Assembly: GCF_003918875.1 (NCBI RefSeq)
Contig: NW_025767398.1
Coordinates: forward strand, 248,001-312,000
Source: Haliotis rubra
Lineage: Eukaryota
Direction: 5' to 3'
DNA: 64,000 bases
The notes under the pieces were generated by a model that had not been told where the DNA came from, ran no database searches, and worked only from the letters and a program-made list of their open reading frames with translations. Positions 36,441-49,534 of the stretch are shown piece after piece. Position numbers and translations under genes: made by a program. Every line of letters starts with the position of its first letter. Position 1 is the first letter of the stretch.

Positions 36441-37298
36441 ATGTTATGACAGTAGATTACCGATTTAACTGTTTATATAATTTCATTTGACTATTTCACC
36501 GCACGTACTTCTTACCGAGTCATTTTCAGTTCGATACTTAAAAGCAATGTCATTATTTAGCGTTGACAGAATTTCTAACTGTGATATAGACATGTCGTCG
36601 TCACAGACAAAACTCAATGTCTGTTTTATTGACACCTATGTGTTTGCCTGCCTCTCTGCTCATGGCGATATTCAATACACAACTTCGATCACTGACCACA
36701 TGCAATTTGAACTTAACACCTATCAGGCTATACACCATAAACAAAATGCATTGATTTATGGCCCTAGTTCGGTTTCAGTCACATTATGTAATTACACAGA
36801 CAGACAGGTGTGATACTTGTACACATGACATGTTATAATGTCTGTTGATTGCAAAAGGTTATACACAAAAAATGAGCATGCATTTACAAAACCCAACATC
36901 TCTATATACACACACACAATGAGCCGTGAAGTCATCGGCACCCATCCGCTCTGACTGGGTTCGGTATCCCGGGTGCTTCGTTTCGAGGGAAGTAAACCCA
37001 AGTACAAAATATTGCACTTTTGATTTGCGATTGTACGCTTATAATTTTGTTGATATGTTGTTTTATAATCAGCAATGTATATTATATGTCATGAATAAGT
37101 GATACTTGTGTTTTAATTATGTTTGATTTTTTTGTTGCATGTGACCTTTAAATCTGGGCTAGTACAACGCTAAACCCCTTTTCACCTCATCTTGTAGCTG
37201 GAGAATTGGGATACCATTACTACCATCATCGTGGAGAGTAGAACCCTAGAACATATACAACAAAACACTATATGTCCGCATGCTTTTATAAGCCTTGA

Positions 37299-37521
37299 TT
37301 AAAACGCATAACCGAACACCTTGACCTCACAAAACTCAAGGAGGTCACCCTCACCGTTCTTTTTCCACTCAATCGGACATACCGCCCTTGAACAGGTCGG
37401 GTACATTTTACAGTGACAGTCTTTCCTGGTTCTGCGACCGCACCATGGTAGGATCCACACAGTGCACCCCTGGCGCCTGGTTTGGTGAAGACCTCCAGTG
37501 TGAAGTTGTGTAGTCTCTCAG
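37299..37521 (-). CDS. F-type lectin terminal exon (domain 3, C-terminal half), with a 1-nt deletion in an A run
   Basis: ctacAG acceptor; ERLHNFTLEV...LCGSY...C.RPVQGRYVRL; adding one base at 37360-37364 restores GDLLEFCEVKVFGYAF*. Confidence 0.82.
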
Positions 37522-37849
37522 CTGTAGCAAAGGACGATTTCAAATATTGTCACATTCGTTGAACTAAGACATGTCAGTTTAGTGGCACTGCATGTCTCCT
37601 TTAAGGAGCCATGAAATACTTTGTGGGCATTTGGAATGGAAGTACATGACAGACACAGGGGAATTTACTAAGATCATGGCATTTACAGATTGCTCAGTGA
37701 ACTAATGAAAGTAGATCTATATAATCAACAACATTATTGGCAATAATTACGAGGGTATAACACTGTTAGTTTCCCATGATGTGCCATAAACACTACACCA
37801 ACATGCAGGGGTGAACATGGCCAGTAATCTTCAGTAAATACACAGTCTG

Positions 37850-37970
37850 ATGACCCGGGTACCTGTTCCTCAGCCATTCCAGAAGCTACATGGTACTGGG
37901 CTGACATTTCAACATCACAACGCTACGTCCAATACTGCAGTTCTGACGCACAATTTGTTAGGAACGCAAG
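37850..37970 (+). mobile_element. Tc1 transposase remnant in lectin intron
   Basis: LTFQHHNATSNTA resembles the Tc1 FQ.DNARPH motif. Confidence 0.4.
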
Positions 37971-38070
37971 AGTTGAGAAGTATGATACACATCTATTTAC
38001 ATACTAATGCACACAATTTCAAGGTGTCGAGGTTTTAGATTAGTTGAGTATGACGTAACATTATACTCAC

Positions 38071-38286
38071 GACAACAGTCACCCCTGCTTGTCACGGCAA
38101 CCTCAAACACCTCAGAATAAGCTTCAAGATCGACTTGCCACCAGGGATGATCGTCTCCTTCTGCCACAGCAAAACAACTGCCAGATCCCCAATCAGTGTT
38201 GGGGAGACCGTCTGTAGCAACTCTAGGCAGTGGCCCATACACAGAGCTCGCTGTTGCTGGCTTGCCTCTAGCCAGGTTAGACTCGC
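38071..38286 (-). CDS. F-type lectin exon (domain 3, N-terminal half)
   Basis: 216 nt, tgcAG...GTgagt; ESNLARGKPATASS...PWWQVDL...RGDCC. Confidence 0.88.
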
Positions 38287-38694
38287 CTGCATTGTGTACC
38301 AAATATAAAATATCACAAAACAACATCGTTAACTCTCTTGTAGGTAAATAAGAAGACATCTTTTGAAGGGGCAGTGTGTGAATCTTCATGGTCAAGTGTA
38401 TGTCTGAGTGGCAAGTATTACTGACTGAGCTTACACATGCCTACCAGATGTCATCGCTCATTTTCAGTGATTCATTCATGTAATTGACACATCTAACTTG
38501 TCTCTTTAACAACACGTGTGATCTCTTGTGGCATATTATAGAGACTGATTATTGTCTGGGGTTGCCATTATATACATACATGGCAAACAAATGCACTTGT
38601 AACCAGTGTTTGATATCTCTGTTTTCGCAGAGCTATAGGAACGTCCACGTGAACATAAACGACAGTTTGCCTCATAAGTTAAAGCTCTTCTTAC

Positions 38695-38937
38695 CATCAG
38701 CAATAATGAATCCGAAAACTTTGACCTCACAGAATTGAAGGAGGTCACCTTCACCGTCCTTTGTCCCCATCAGTCGGACATATCGCCCTCTAACAGATCT
38801 GATGCATTCTACACTGACAGTCTTTCCTGGTTCTGTGACTGTACCATTGTAGGTTCCACACAGCGCACTCCTAGCGCCTGTTGAGGTGGCCGGGTTCTTT
38901 CTAAAGACCTCCAATGTGAAGTCGTGTAGTCTCTCAG
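38695..38937 (-). CDS. F-type lectin exon (domain 2, C-terminal half)
   Basis: 243 nt, ttacAG...GTaag; ERLHDFTLEV...GRYVRL...LQFCEVKVFG. Confidence 0.88.
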
Positions 38938-39741
38938 CTGTAACACGTGACGAAATCGTATTTTATGACACGAGCAGAATTGGAAGAATCTCATTTGGTC
39001 CTTGCCAGCTGTCACTAAAAGTCCAGCTGCTCTGCATGAAAGGTTATAATTATTTCCCCCGACAAAGTCTGAAATTACATAACTATTATATTTAAACATC
39101 ATTACACAAATTGTTTGCTTGCATGTTAACTGGGGATGAAATCTGCCCAACCCACCTTCATCAGGGCTATCATCTTTTGGCTTGAGTCAAAAACTTGAAA
39201 ACATGTTCATCCCGTTTTCGTACTGGATTCCATGGTTCTTATCAAGGAAGGACGTTCGTTATAGTGGTAGATAGTATTGAACTGCATGTGAAAAAATTGG
39301 CTTTAGATGTTACGATTTTAGCAGCATGCCGGGATCAGTGATATCACAATATTTGATTCTTCAAAGCTGTACACAACCATTCCAGGGCAAACTTAAGTAA
39401 ACACTTTATTTCTTGATCCATGCGATATTTCTTAATAGACACGCTGAACACACAACAAATTACATATCTATCTTTAAAGGTTCAGGAACTTTGTATATAA
39501 AGGAAAACAGCTGTCATCTGAATGGCACTGAGAAAACAATAAATAAAATGTTGGACGTCCTTTTGGATAAAACTCACATATAGTGTTTGGGTAGAACATT
39601 CAGACAGGAAGTATGCATCCCCATGGACAGTAATTATACTCACCTACTTCTATTGTAGGATTCAGTTAACAGGTGTCGAGGTTTTACTTGATTGAGTATA
39701 GTTTAATGCACATCGTTACTGAACTGTAACATTATACTCAC

Positions 39742-39957
39742 GACAACAGTCACCCCTGCTTGTCACGGCAACCTCAAACACCTCAGAATAAGCTTCAAGA
39801 TCGACTTGCCACCAGGGATGATCGTCTCCTTCTGCCACAGTAAAACAACTGCCACGTTTCCAGTCAGTGTAAGGGAGGCCGTCTGTAGCAACTTCAGGAT
39901 GTGGCCCATACACAGAGCTCGCTGTTGCTGGCTTGCCTCTAGCCAGGTTAGACTCGC
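39742..39957 (-). CDS. F-type lectin exon (domain 2, N-terminal half)
   Basis: 216 nt, tgcAG...GTgagt, phase-compatible with its neighbours. Confidence 0.88.
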
Positions 39958-40364
39958 CTGCATTGTGTACCAAATATAAAATATCACAAAACAACATCGT
40001 TAACTCTCTTGTAGGTAAATAAGAAGACATCTTTTGAAGGGGCAGTGTGTGAATCTTCATGGTCAAGTGTATGTCTGAGTGGCAAGTATTACTGACTGAG
40101 CTTACACATGCCTACCAGATGTCATCGCTCATTTTCAGTGATTCATTCATGTAATTGACACATCTAACTTGTCTCTTTAACGCCACGTGTGATCTCTTGT
40201 GGCATATTATAGAGACTGATTATTGTCTTGGGTTGCCATTATATACATACATGGCAAACAAATGCACTTGTAACCAGTGTTTGATATCTCTGTTTTCGCA
40301 GAGCTATAGAACGTCCACGTGAACATAAACGACAGTTTGCCTCATAAGTTAAACCTTTTCTTAC

Positions 40365-40607
40365 CATCAGCAATAATGGATCCGAAAACTTTGACCTCAC
40401 AGAATTGAAGGAGGTCACCTTCACCGTCCTTTGTCCCCCTCAGTCGGACATATCGCCCTCTAACAGATCTGATGCATTCTACACTGACAGTCTTTCCTGG
40501 TTCTGTGACCGTACCATTGTAGGTTCCACACAGCGCACTCCTAGCGCCTGTTGAGGTGGCCGGGTTCTTTCTAAAGACCTCCAATGTGAAGTCGTGTAGT
40601 CTCTCAG
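40365..40607 (-). CDS. F-type lectin exon (domain 1, C-terminal half)
   Basis: 243 nt, ttacAG...GTaag; joins DCC+P+ERL in frame with exon 60341-60556. Confidence 0.88.
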
Positions 40608-41064
40608 CTGTAACACGTGACGATGACAACTTTTATTGCGGTTGATGTTTTTCTCTGTATATAGTAGTATATGTGATGGTGGTACGGCATCACTTCCTCC
40701 TATGGCATTATTTACGTCAAATAATGCCCCACCGATGGTTGGAAAATATGGAAAACTGCGTCGACTATCGTTTGATGTGCCCTGATATTTTTTTACATTT
40801 ATGCCTTTTTCTTGCCGGGCTTTTGTCGCTCTATGAGGGGTTTTTTCTGCTTTTTGCTGATATCACTTGTCTTACGAGACTTGGTTCTTATCTCTTGTTT
40901 CCTCCTTTGGAATTATCGAGTTCAGACAGCACTAGCCTAAACTTTTTCCTAGATACCTTACTATTGGATAGGGCTGTGGAGATATGATCCTCAATAGTAT
41001 TTAACTTTCCTCGGCCAGAACGCGAATCTCTGCTTTACGTTGCAATCACTGCAAAATATGACCA

Positions 41065-44050
41065 TTATATATTTAAGAGCTGTTAATTTGGCGTTAGCTT
41101 CTGCTGTGAAAATAGAGCTATTATTTGGTTGTCAAGAAGATAGTGTTCTGGATCCAATGACAGTGGCATAAGCCCCCGCGCCAACATCCTTGGATCCATC
41201 TGTAAATAAGGATTTATATGTATTATATTTATTACTTAATTGACTAAATTCTTGTTTATACTGTAAATCATTAGTTTCGGATTTTTTAAATGTGGTTAAA
41301 GTTAAGTCAACGTCTGGCCTCACCAATTGCCAAGGAGGAGAAGAAAGAAGACGAGAAGGAGATATATTCTCCAGCTCAATTCTGGCAGCAGCAATGAATA
41401 GTTTAATTCTGTGTCCAAGAGGCAGAACAAGATGAGGCTTTTTGTTATACAAATCCTCATAAAGAGGATTGAAGACACAGTTAAATGCAGGGTTAGATTC
41501 GTTAGAATATAGTTTGGTAATATATTGTAAAGATAATTTTATACTGCGTTGGGTAAGAGAAGGCTCATCTGCCTCGACGTAGAGACTATCAACTGGAGAA
41601 GTTCTAAATGATCCAAGACAAAGTCTGAGACCTTAGTGGTGAACAGAATCAAGTAGTTTAAGGTTGCTTTTGCAGCCTCCGCCATATACGATCGAGCCAT
41701 AATCAAGGTTAGATCGCACCAATGATCTATATAAGTGAAGGAGGGTAGTTTGATCCCCTCCCCACTTTGAATTTGAGGCAACCTTTAACAAATCGAGTGC
41801 CTTTAGGCATTTAGCTTTAAGGGATTTAATATGTGGCAGGAATGTTAAATGGGAATCGAAAATTAGACCCAAGAATTTGGCCTCCTTTACAACTTTGATG
41901 GGAGCGCCATTTAAAGATAGTTCTGGGTTCTTATTAGGCTTATATTTTCTACAAAAATGTATACAATTAAGTTTTTGATTTAGAAAATGTAAAGCCGTTT
42001 TCAAGACACCATTTATTTATTTTGTTTAAACATAACTGCAGTTGCCGTTCAATAGTATGCATATTTTTACGACAACAAGAAATATTGAAGTCATCCACAA
42101 ATAACGATCCATCAACTGAATCATTTAAAACCGTTGATTAACTATTGATCTTGATGCTAAACAGTGTGACACACAAAATACTGCCTTGTGGGACACCCTG
42201 ATCCTGATTATAATGATCAGACAGGGTTGAACCCATTCGGACTTGAAATTGCCTGTCTTTTAAAAACTGTGATATAAAGAGGCAAATGGCCTCTCAAACC
42301 AAAATCATGTAAATCCTTCAAAATGCCATGCTTCCAGGTCCTATCATAAGCTTTCTCATAAGCAACACAGCATGTTAGGTTTATTTACCATAGCATTTTT
42401 AACAAAGGATTCTAAATGTACCAAATGATCAATAGTACTACGATTTTTCCTGAAACCACATTTAATGTTTGTCATAAGGTTATTGGTTTCAAGATACCAA
42501 GTTAATCTATTATTCACCATACGTTCCATGGTTTGACAGACACAGCTAGTTAGAGATATCGGTCTGTAATTAAACGGATCTATATGATCCCTGCCAAGTT
42601 TTGGTATTGGGACTACAATGGCATTACGCCACGAAGGAGGAAATGCTCCAGACGTCCATATTTGGTCAAATATATCTAAAAGTGTCATCAGACATGGTTC
42701 AGGTAGGTGTTCCAGTAGCTGGTAATGTATATTATCATCACCCGCTGCAGTGTCATGAGCTTGCTCAAGAGCAGTATGTAGCTGATTTAATGAAAACACT
42801 TCATTATAATCTTCACCGTTATTTGATTCGAAATTAAGTTTTGTCTTTTCCTGTTGTTTCTGATATCTCTGAAACTCAGGGACATAATTTGCCGATGATG
42901 AAGTTTTGGCAAGAGTTTCGCCAATTTTATGTGCAATTTTAGGCTTGTCAGTAATTAAATTATCACCATCTTTAAGATGGTGAACAGCAGATTTTGAACC
43001 TTGGCCTTTTATTCTTTGAACCATGTTCCATACCTTAGACATTGGTGTGCGTGAATTAATTTTTGAGACATAATTTCTCCAAGATTGTCGTTTGTTTTGT
43101 TTAAAGGTATGACGCGCCTTTGCATTGAGTATTTTATATATATATTTAAGTTATACACAGTTGGCTGATGGCGGAAATAACGCTCTGCCTTTTTCCTCGC
43201 TTTTCTGGCTTGTCTACAATCTGTATTAAACCATGGTTTTCGTACATGTAGAGGACTTTGGTATACACTCATCAGCTATTTGCTTTAAAACGTCAGCAAA
43301 AGTGTAAATGGGATCAGTTATATCACTGAAATATTCAGGTCGCAGTTTTGATTTACATATAGTTTGATATAAAGACCAGTTAGCCTTCGAAAAGTTATTT
43401 CTGAAAGGATAGTTGGGAAGTGGTCACTTCCACAAAGGTCATTATGAACAGACCAAACAAATTCATTCAGGAGGTTAGAATCTGCAAGAGACAAATCCAG
43501 AGAAGAATAAGTGCCAGTTGCAGGATGCAGATAGGTGCTTGAATCATCAATAAATATGCACAGGTCAATATTGGAAATGAAATCTTCCAGTATTTTGCCT
43601 TTAGTATTAGAGTTAGTACTGCCCCAGAGTGGGTTGTGACCGTTTAGGTCACCCATAATAACACATGGCTTTGGGAGTCGATCATAGAGTGATTGAAGAT
43701 CAGTCAGCTGAAGGTTCGATGAAGGCATAATATACAGAGAGCATAACGTAAATGCTACACCCAGAGTAAGTCGCACTGCAACAGCTTGGAGATTAGTGTT
43801 AAGTGTAACAAGGCTGTGAATAACATCCTGTCGTATAAGGATAGTAGAAACTCCAGTGGCTCTATCACCTGGAGGGGAAAAATAATGATACGTTTCAAAC
43901 TGACGTAAGTTAAAATTATCTGTCTGTTTCAGATACGTCTCTTGCAGACAGAAAGCTGATGGTGTTAAATCCTGGATTATTAGCTGTATTTCATAAAAAA
44001 TTTGTCTGGAGTCCTCTACAGTTCCACTGCACAGATATTGTTAGATAAAC
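41065..44050 (-). pseudogene. LINE ORF2 APE-RT-RNase H (frameshifted)
   Basis: ORF fragments 43318-43776, 42356-43042, 41633-42004 and 41132-41452 carry the motifs in order. Confidence 0.88.
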
Positions 44051-45315
44051 CTATCTTTTGTCTGGAGGCAGATTAATTGGGGAACTACCCAGCACCGTTT
44101 TCGAGGGTAACAAGCTTTGTGCCCTAGAATGGACGTTTTCAGACACGTCCATGTCCTCATGTGATCCATATTTATTAAATAATTTGATTTTGGGGGCTCT
44201 GCCACTTTGTTTCTTCAAAGAATCTGGCTTCGGTTTGCCTTTGTTTTTAACGATTTGTTGAACGTTTGACGTTGATTGAGACCTTTGAGTTGACTGAGAA
44301 GATGTGTCATGGTCATAAGATGGTTCTGATTGGATTTGGGGCGTACCAGGAAGTGGTTCTGCAGTTTGTGTAGATATTGCAGGTGACAAAATCTTAGGAG
44401 AAACTGTTTTGATCCAAGTCAAGTTCGTCTGACAGCTTACAGATGATTTAGTTATTCTTGGTGTTGTTTCTGAAGATGTTTTGGCTTTGGAAGCATAAGT
44501 TTCCTTAATTTCCGATCTCAAGACAAGCTTTTTGGCATCAGAAGAACTGATTTTTTGAGTAAACTTGATCTTATTTATCTCCATCTGCTGTTTCCAAATG
44601 GGACAGTCTTTTGAAAATGATGAGTGATCACCTCCACAATTGGTACACTTCTTAAAGTTACTGACACAATCTTCTGTTGTATGTGTCACTTCTCACTACA
44701 GTGAGCACACACAACAGACAATGTGCAAGTACTAACACCATGACCAAACTTTTGGCATTTAAAACCTCTCAGTGCGTTTGGTATGTAGGTGTCGACATTA
44801 ATGTTACAGTACCCTGCCTTTAGTGATCTTGGAGCAGTTGGAGAAGAAAATGAAAACAGATACGTGTTTGTTGAAATGGTTTCCTGTTTTTTATGTGTTG
44901 TAAAACGCTTTACATATAAGACCCCTTGATCTTTCATTTCTGAAACAATATCAAGTTCAGACATGTCGGTGAACAATCGATCTCAGTCTCTTACGATTCC
45001 TATGCTGGTATTAAGTGTTCTGTGAGGAGAGATCGAAACCGGAATGCCGACAAACGTTTCAGTACTCATCAGGTTAGTTGCCTGTTGCCTTTTGCTGCAC
45101 TCAATAAACAGTGCCCCTGAACGTAAACGTTTGATGCTTTTTACATCACCGGCTATGCCTTGTATGCCTTTTTGTACAGCAAAAGGATTTAACTTCAATC
45201 TGGTGTTATCTTGTGTCTCCATCACAAAGAAGCGTGGCCACTAATCAATGGACGTTAACATCTGGATCAGTGTCAAGTGGACGTTTTGTTTTTTTAAGGG
45301 GGTTTCATATGCCAT
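44051..45315 (-). pseudogene. LINE ORF1 gag-like zinc-knuckle protein (frameshifted)
   Basis: KLNPFAV, LRSG, PHRTLN, FKCQKFGH, CAHC, CTNCGGDH...CP. Confidence 0.85.
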
Positions 45316-45817
45316 AGTTAGTTTTTAATGGTTCATCATCTGAGCTCCCCACCCTCCACGGAGTATCACAAGGACAATGCTAGACACAAGCGGATCTCCG
45401 ACTTGCAGCACCAAGAATACTCGGATGATATACTCAAAAAGATTAATTCTTCTACCAGATTGGCCCATGAGCCACCACCTTCTGGCATAAGTCTCTAGGC
45501 AAAGTTCGCGATAAACGTTTTACAAAAATCAAATGATCTTACATGAACAAAGGGTGCCAAGACCAAAATTTTAACAATTTTATATCAAATAAAATCTATG
45601 CACAGGGCCTGGCATGACCAGCCGATTGGTTGAACAGGGCCCATTCAACCACCCATCTAGGTGAAGTAAGGGTCGAAGTGGTGTGTTGGGCAAAGGAACA
45701 CTGTTCCTGGAACCAGTGCCCTCAACCACCAGACTCCCATCCTCCACCGACACAGGGGCGCAACCCACGGCAAATGGGTTGGTGGACCAAATATACCTCC
45801 GGGTCCACAACGGGGAT

Positions 45818-45876
45818 TGAAGAGTGCTCAGCATTACCCAGCACCCACCACGAGGAGGTGGTTCTTCACGGGTGCC
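45818..45876 (-). ncRNA. Candidate minimal HDV-like self-cleaving ribozyme at the LINE 5' end
   Basis: P1 GGCACCC/GGGUGCU (G1-U wobble), P3 ACC/GGU, L3 UCCUCGU, GG for P1.1, GC in J4/2, P2 UGAAGA/UCUUCA. Confidence 0.7.
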
Positions 45877-47569
45877 TGGTAGACAATAACCACTCCACTC
45901 GCGTCTAGCGCCATGCTGACTGCTACGAGCATCGTGTTCACGCCATCAATGCTATCGACTGCTCTGTGGTATTTTGTGTGCAATGTGTATTACATTCCAT
46001 TTCCATTTGTCATTTGATGTCGTTTTGTCGCAAACTAAATCTGTCCACAATTTCCAGTGTTTTGACCACTTCGTTCATGGCCAGATACAATCCCATCCAA
46101 AGTTTAGACATTCGTACATACAAATAGTATCGAGGCTTGTAAAGGGGATGAATCCCGGCCGTATATAAAAACGACAACGTCGATGTTTATTTCCATTACC
46201 CCAGCATATTGCTAACCCAAATAAAAGTAACAGAGCTTCCTCGGAGGATCTACAAGATAAACTTCTATTGTGAGTGTCATGTGTAATTTAATAGTTAAAT
46301 CAGGACTGTTCAAAATACAATTGGTAATCAAGTACATCGCAATCCAGGTCGGTGGGTGCTAACATATTGCCTGTATGACCCGGTTTTCACAAAACTTGTA
46401 TCGAATTATCACATTTCGGAGTAAAAGACGTGAGAAATATCCCGTTATTTTTTACTTAGCTGACATAACCATTTTTAAGACTATATTGGGTGAGGCTCCC
46501 TCGTTCTCGACCTCATTTAAATTCTGCAGTTTCATTTCTTGTCATTTGTACAAGTTGTTTTTTAACTGCAATGCATACAACGTGTCTTTGGTACCGGGTT
46601 TATCGAATCCTCATGTGTTTCAAAGATCGGAGAGCATGATGGTAGCGCATTTTGTGATGCAATGCTTGCCTGAAATGTCACCCATTGTGATAGCTCATCC
46701 TTTAAGCTGATGAGATGTTTATTTGTGAGTAAGAAGATTTTGGTGAGCATAATTTCTCTTCAAGGTGACCCCTTTGGCGCTCGCGTAAGTCATTGTATGT
46801 AAATATCGCAACATGATATTGATGTTTTGTCTCCAAAGGATTTTGACTTCCATCACGATTTCAACATCAGGTGGTGGCTCTCCAAGAAAGACTTTGATAT
46901 ACAAAAAGTTAGTGCATCATATTTGGTTGGAATCTCTTGTACTGCAGTCAATGCTTTTTCGAATTCGGTCACCAACTGCAAACTCGTATATGGGAGGGCT
47001 GGTTTAGTCGACAGCATGTGACCTGGTTTTCTCTGGATGATGGTCAAGAGTACACTCCTTCTTTGCGAGTGGACGTAAGCTCCCAGCACAATCCCATTAT
47101 TGACGACTTTCGTGATGTAATAATCCTTATTCTCCATAAACACGTATGGAGAAACGATGTTCATATCGAGCAGCCAGCCAATTTGGGACCAGATCATCGT
47201 TCATTGGTTATCGTCCATACAGATGAGATTGTATGAGGTGTTTTTTTAGATAACGCCTGCCTTGACATCGTTTAAATCGCCTACACCATCGTCGAATGCT
47301 GCGACCATCACCCATTTATCATTGTCATTACAGGCGAGATTGTACTAAGTGTTGTTTATGAATCCCCCAGTCTAAATCTCGTAGGTTACAACCTGGCTGT
47401 CACTTCTTTTCGCTTGCAAATGTTGCTTTTTAACTGTAAGGCATAACTTACCTTTGACACTGGTTTCATCGAATCCTTGCGTGTCCCCAAGATCAGAGAG
47501 TGCTATGGTGGCGCATGTTCTTACAGATGCATTCCAGGCCCTAAAGCGTTCATTGTTGTTCTTAATAGC

Positions 47570-48148
47570 CTATATGTACGGGTTGGTGTTCTATATCTAA
47601 AACGGACACTTTGAGTTACAGGATCATACCCTGCTTTAATTTTTTATACTGTAATAACCGGAAAGATTCTGTTCTACTGCTCTTGTACATCTCAATTTTC
47701 ACTGCAACAGCTCTCAACAGAGTGGAATGACGTTCGCCTTAGATATTACTGGTCATGCTTATCTGATCAAGATGGATACACAACCCTCGATAGGAACCTA
47801 TATCAGGTAATTTGGAACCAGTCATAGGTATGGGGTTGTAATTCATTCGTCTGTAACCCGAGTGTTTTCGCTAAGGGCCTGCCGAGTCTTAAGGGTTCTT
47901 CACTGGTTGATGTCAGCTTTCCATCCGACGCGTTCAGCCTGAGGCTTGCTCCTTGAGGATTAAAAGTTTTGTCGTTCAGCTATAATAACCGTTGGAAAAA
48001 ATGTGGCACTCCCATTACTGATGTTTTTACACCGCAGGTAATAAGTGAGATCGCGGACAGCTACTTCGAGTTGTCCCGACATGTTATCGATAGCATAAAG
48101 CAGTGAAATGGGCTCACCATTCATTATTCCTGAGAGAGTGATGAACAT
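47570..48148 (-). pseudogene. Polinton minor capsid (penton-like) protein, decayed
   Basis: MFITLSGI..GEPI...IDNMSGQLEVA...ASLRLNASDG...HLDQIS...STLLRAVAV..E...RTESF...YKKL; position within the structural block. Confidence 0.5.
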
Positions 48149-48184
48149 GTTGAATGTATAAAGGCACTATATTATACTTTCAAT

Positions 48185-49347
48185 ATGTACATGCTGGGTG
48201 TGTTTTATCCTATAAGTGATAACGTAAGCACTGCTGATCTCACGCAACCGAGGATCGTGGTCAATGTGGGTGAGTCTCACTGCCTACCTTAGTTTATCGG
48301 TATGTTTAAAAAATATAGGTTTTTCGCAATGAATGTGAAAATGGTGCACGCTTGGTTTTCAAACCCAATGCAATTCTGGCAAAATCAACTCAACTTCGGC
48401 GTGTGGTGCGCAATGACCGGGTGTGGCTTGACCTTGAAGGACACTTGTTGTGACAAACTGAGTCGGTCCGAGTTCTCGTTTCTCATTTACTACCAGATCA
48501 GGCGCATTCTGTAAGAAATCAGCGCACCGATTCTGCAGGACAAGGCGTTGGTTGCCACAAACAATCCGTAGGATCGGTGTGTGTACGAACGTATTTGCAA
48601 CAAATCGAAATGCATACAAAGACGGATTGGCGTTTGCCGGGTGTGAATAACGTTTTTTGAATGTCTCTCGTAGAAGCCGGCATGAGGATAAAACAATGGG
48701 GTGATAAGACGTATTCGGAATCTTACGTCATGACAAATGAGTGGAAGGATGATCTTATGGCTTTTGATGATAGGAAGGATTACCGCGTTTGGAGGTTTCA
48801 GCAGGGACCCTTTGGATACGCCAAAAGGGTTTTCTTGCGCGGGTGTCATAAGACTGAATGAACTGTGGGTTGTGCTGGGCATGCAGGTGCAAATGTGTTC
48901 AGGTAGTATAAGTCGGGGAACGGCTTTGTGGTGAACGTTGAGGATACTATTCCATCTCCGGTAGATTTACCGACGGCCATATGGCGATACAAAGAGAGTT
49001 TTGGAGAATGCCAGGTCTAAAGTAGACTACGTTTTCGGCATAGGTTTGTACATGGCTCTCAGCCACACGAAACCTAGGGTGAACAAAGTGGTAGGTTACA
49101 ACAACGAAATCATGATCGTAAACTCCGAAACTAGGCGTGAACCCTGATAATAACGTGAGCCATGTCACACCACCACCGAGTACCGGTGAAACGGGAATAT
49201 TGAAACCACCATCACCACCGGAGGCAAACCGTTTAACCCACACCACACCTATCGGCACCTTTGGTTGTCGCAAATCAGCGTCACATCCAATGTAAAACAG
49301 CACTCGTGGTCGGCGGGATCATGGTCGGTTTGTGTCTTATTTGGTAA
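48185..49347 (+). pseudogene. Conserved Polinton accessory protein with C-terminal TM segment, decayed
   Basis: WQNQLNFGVWCAMTGCG, YYQIRRIL, YERICN, SPVDLP, SKVDYVFGIGLYM, GYNNEI, ALVVGGIMVGL. Confidence 0.7.
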
Positions 49348-49534
49348 AACATTCCTTAGCAGCGATGTACTACAGATGGTGATGGCGACGATGAGACAAA
49401 CGCCCACAAGTTTTGACTTAGGATGTCGTCATCATCAGGGAATGGGGCTTCACCCTCAAAATCATCCATTTCGATATCTTCACCGCGCATCATTGATTAT
49501 ATATTGAACGTATAACATCATACATTCAATATAA

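Larger units (their letters stand above)
38056..40623. repeat. Intragenic duplication of a lectin exon-intron-exon unit (38056-38953 versus 39727-40623)
   Basis: Offset 1670-1671; exons and the intervening intron are near-identical. Confidence 0.92.
41065..45876 (-). mobile_element. I-group (Nimb/I-like) LINE with intact 5' end, 3'-truncated in RNase H
   Basis: ORF1 with three CCHC knuckles; ORF2 QWNCRGL, GDLNGH, GSDHFP, YRPISLTS, GVPQGS, FVDD, LDYGS, LFTDGSK. Confidence 0.9.
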
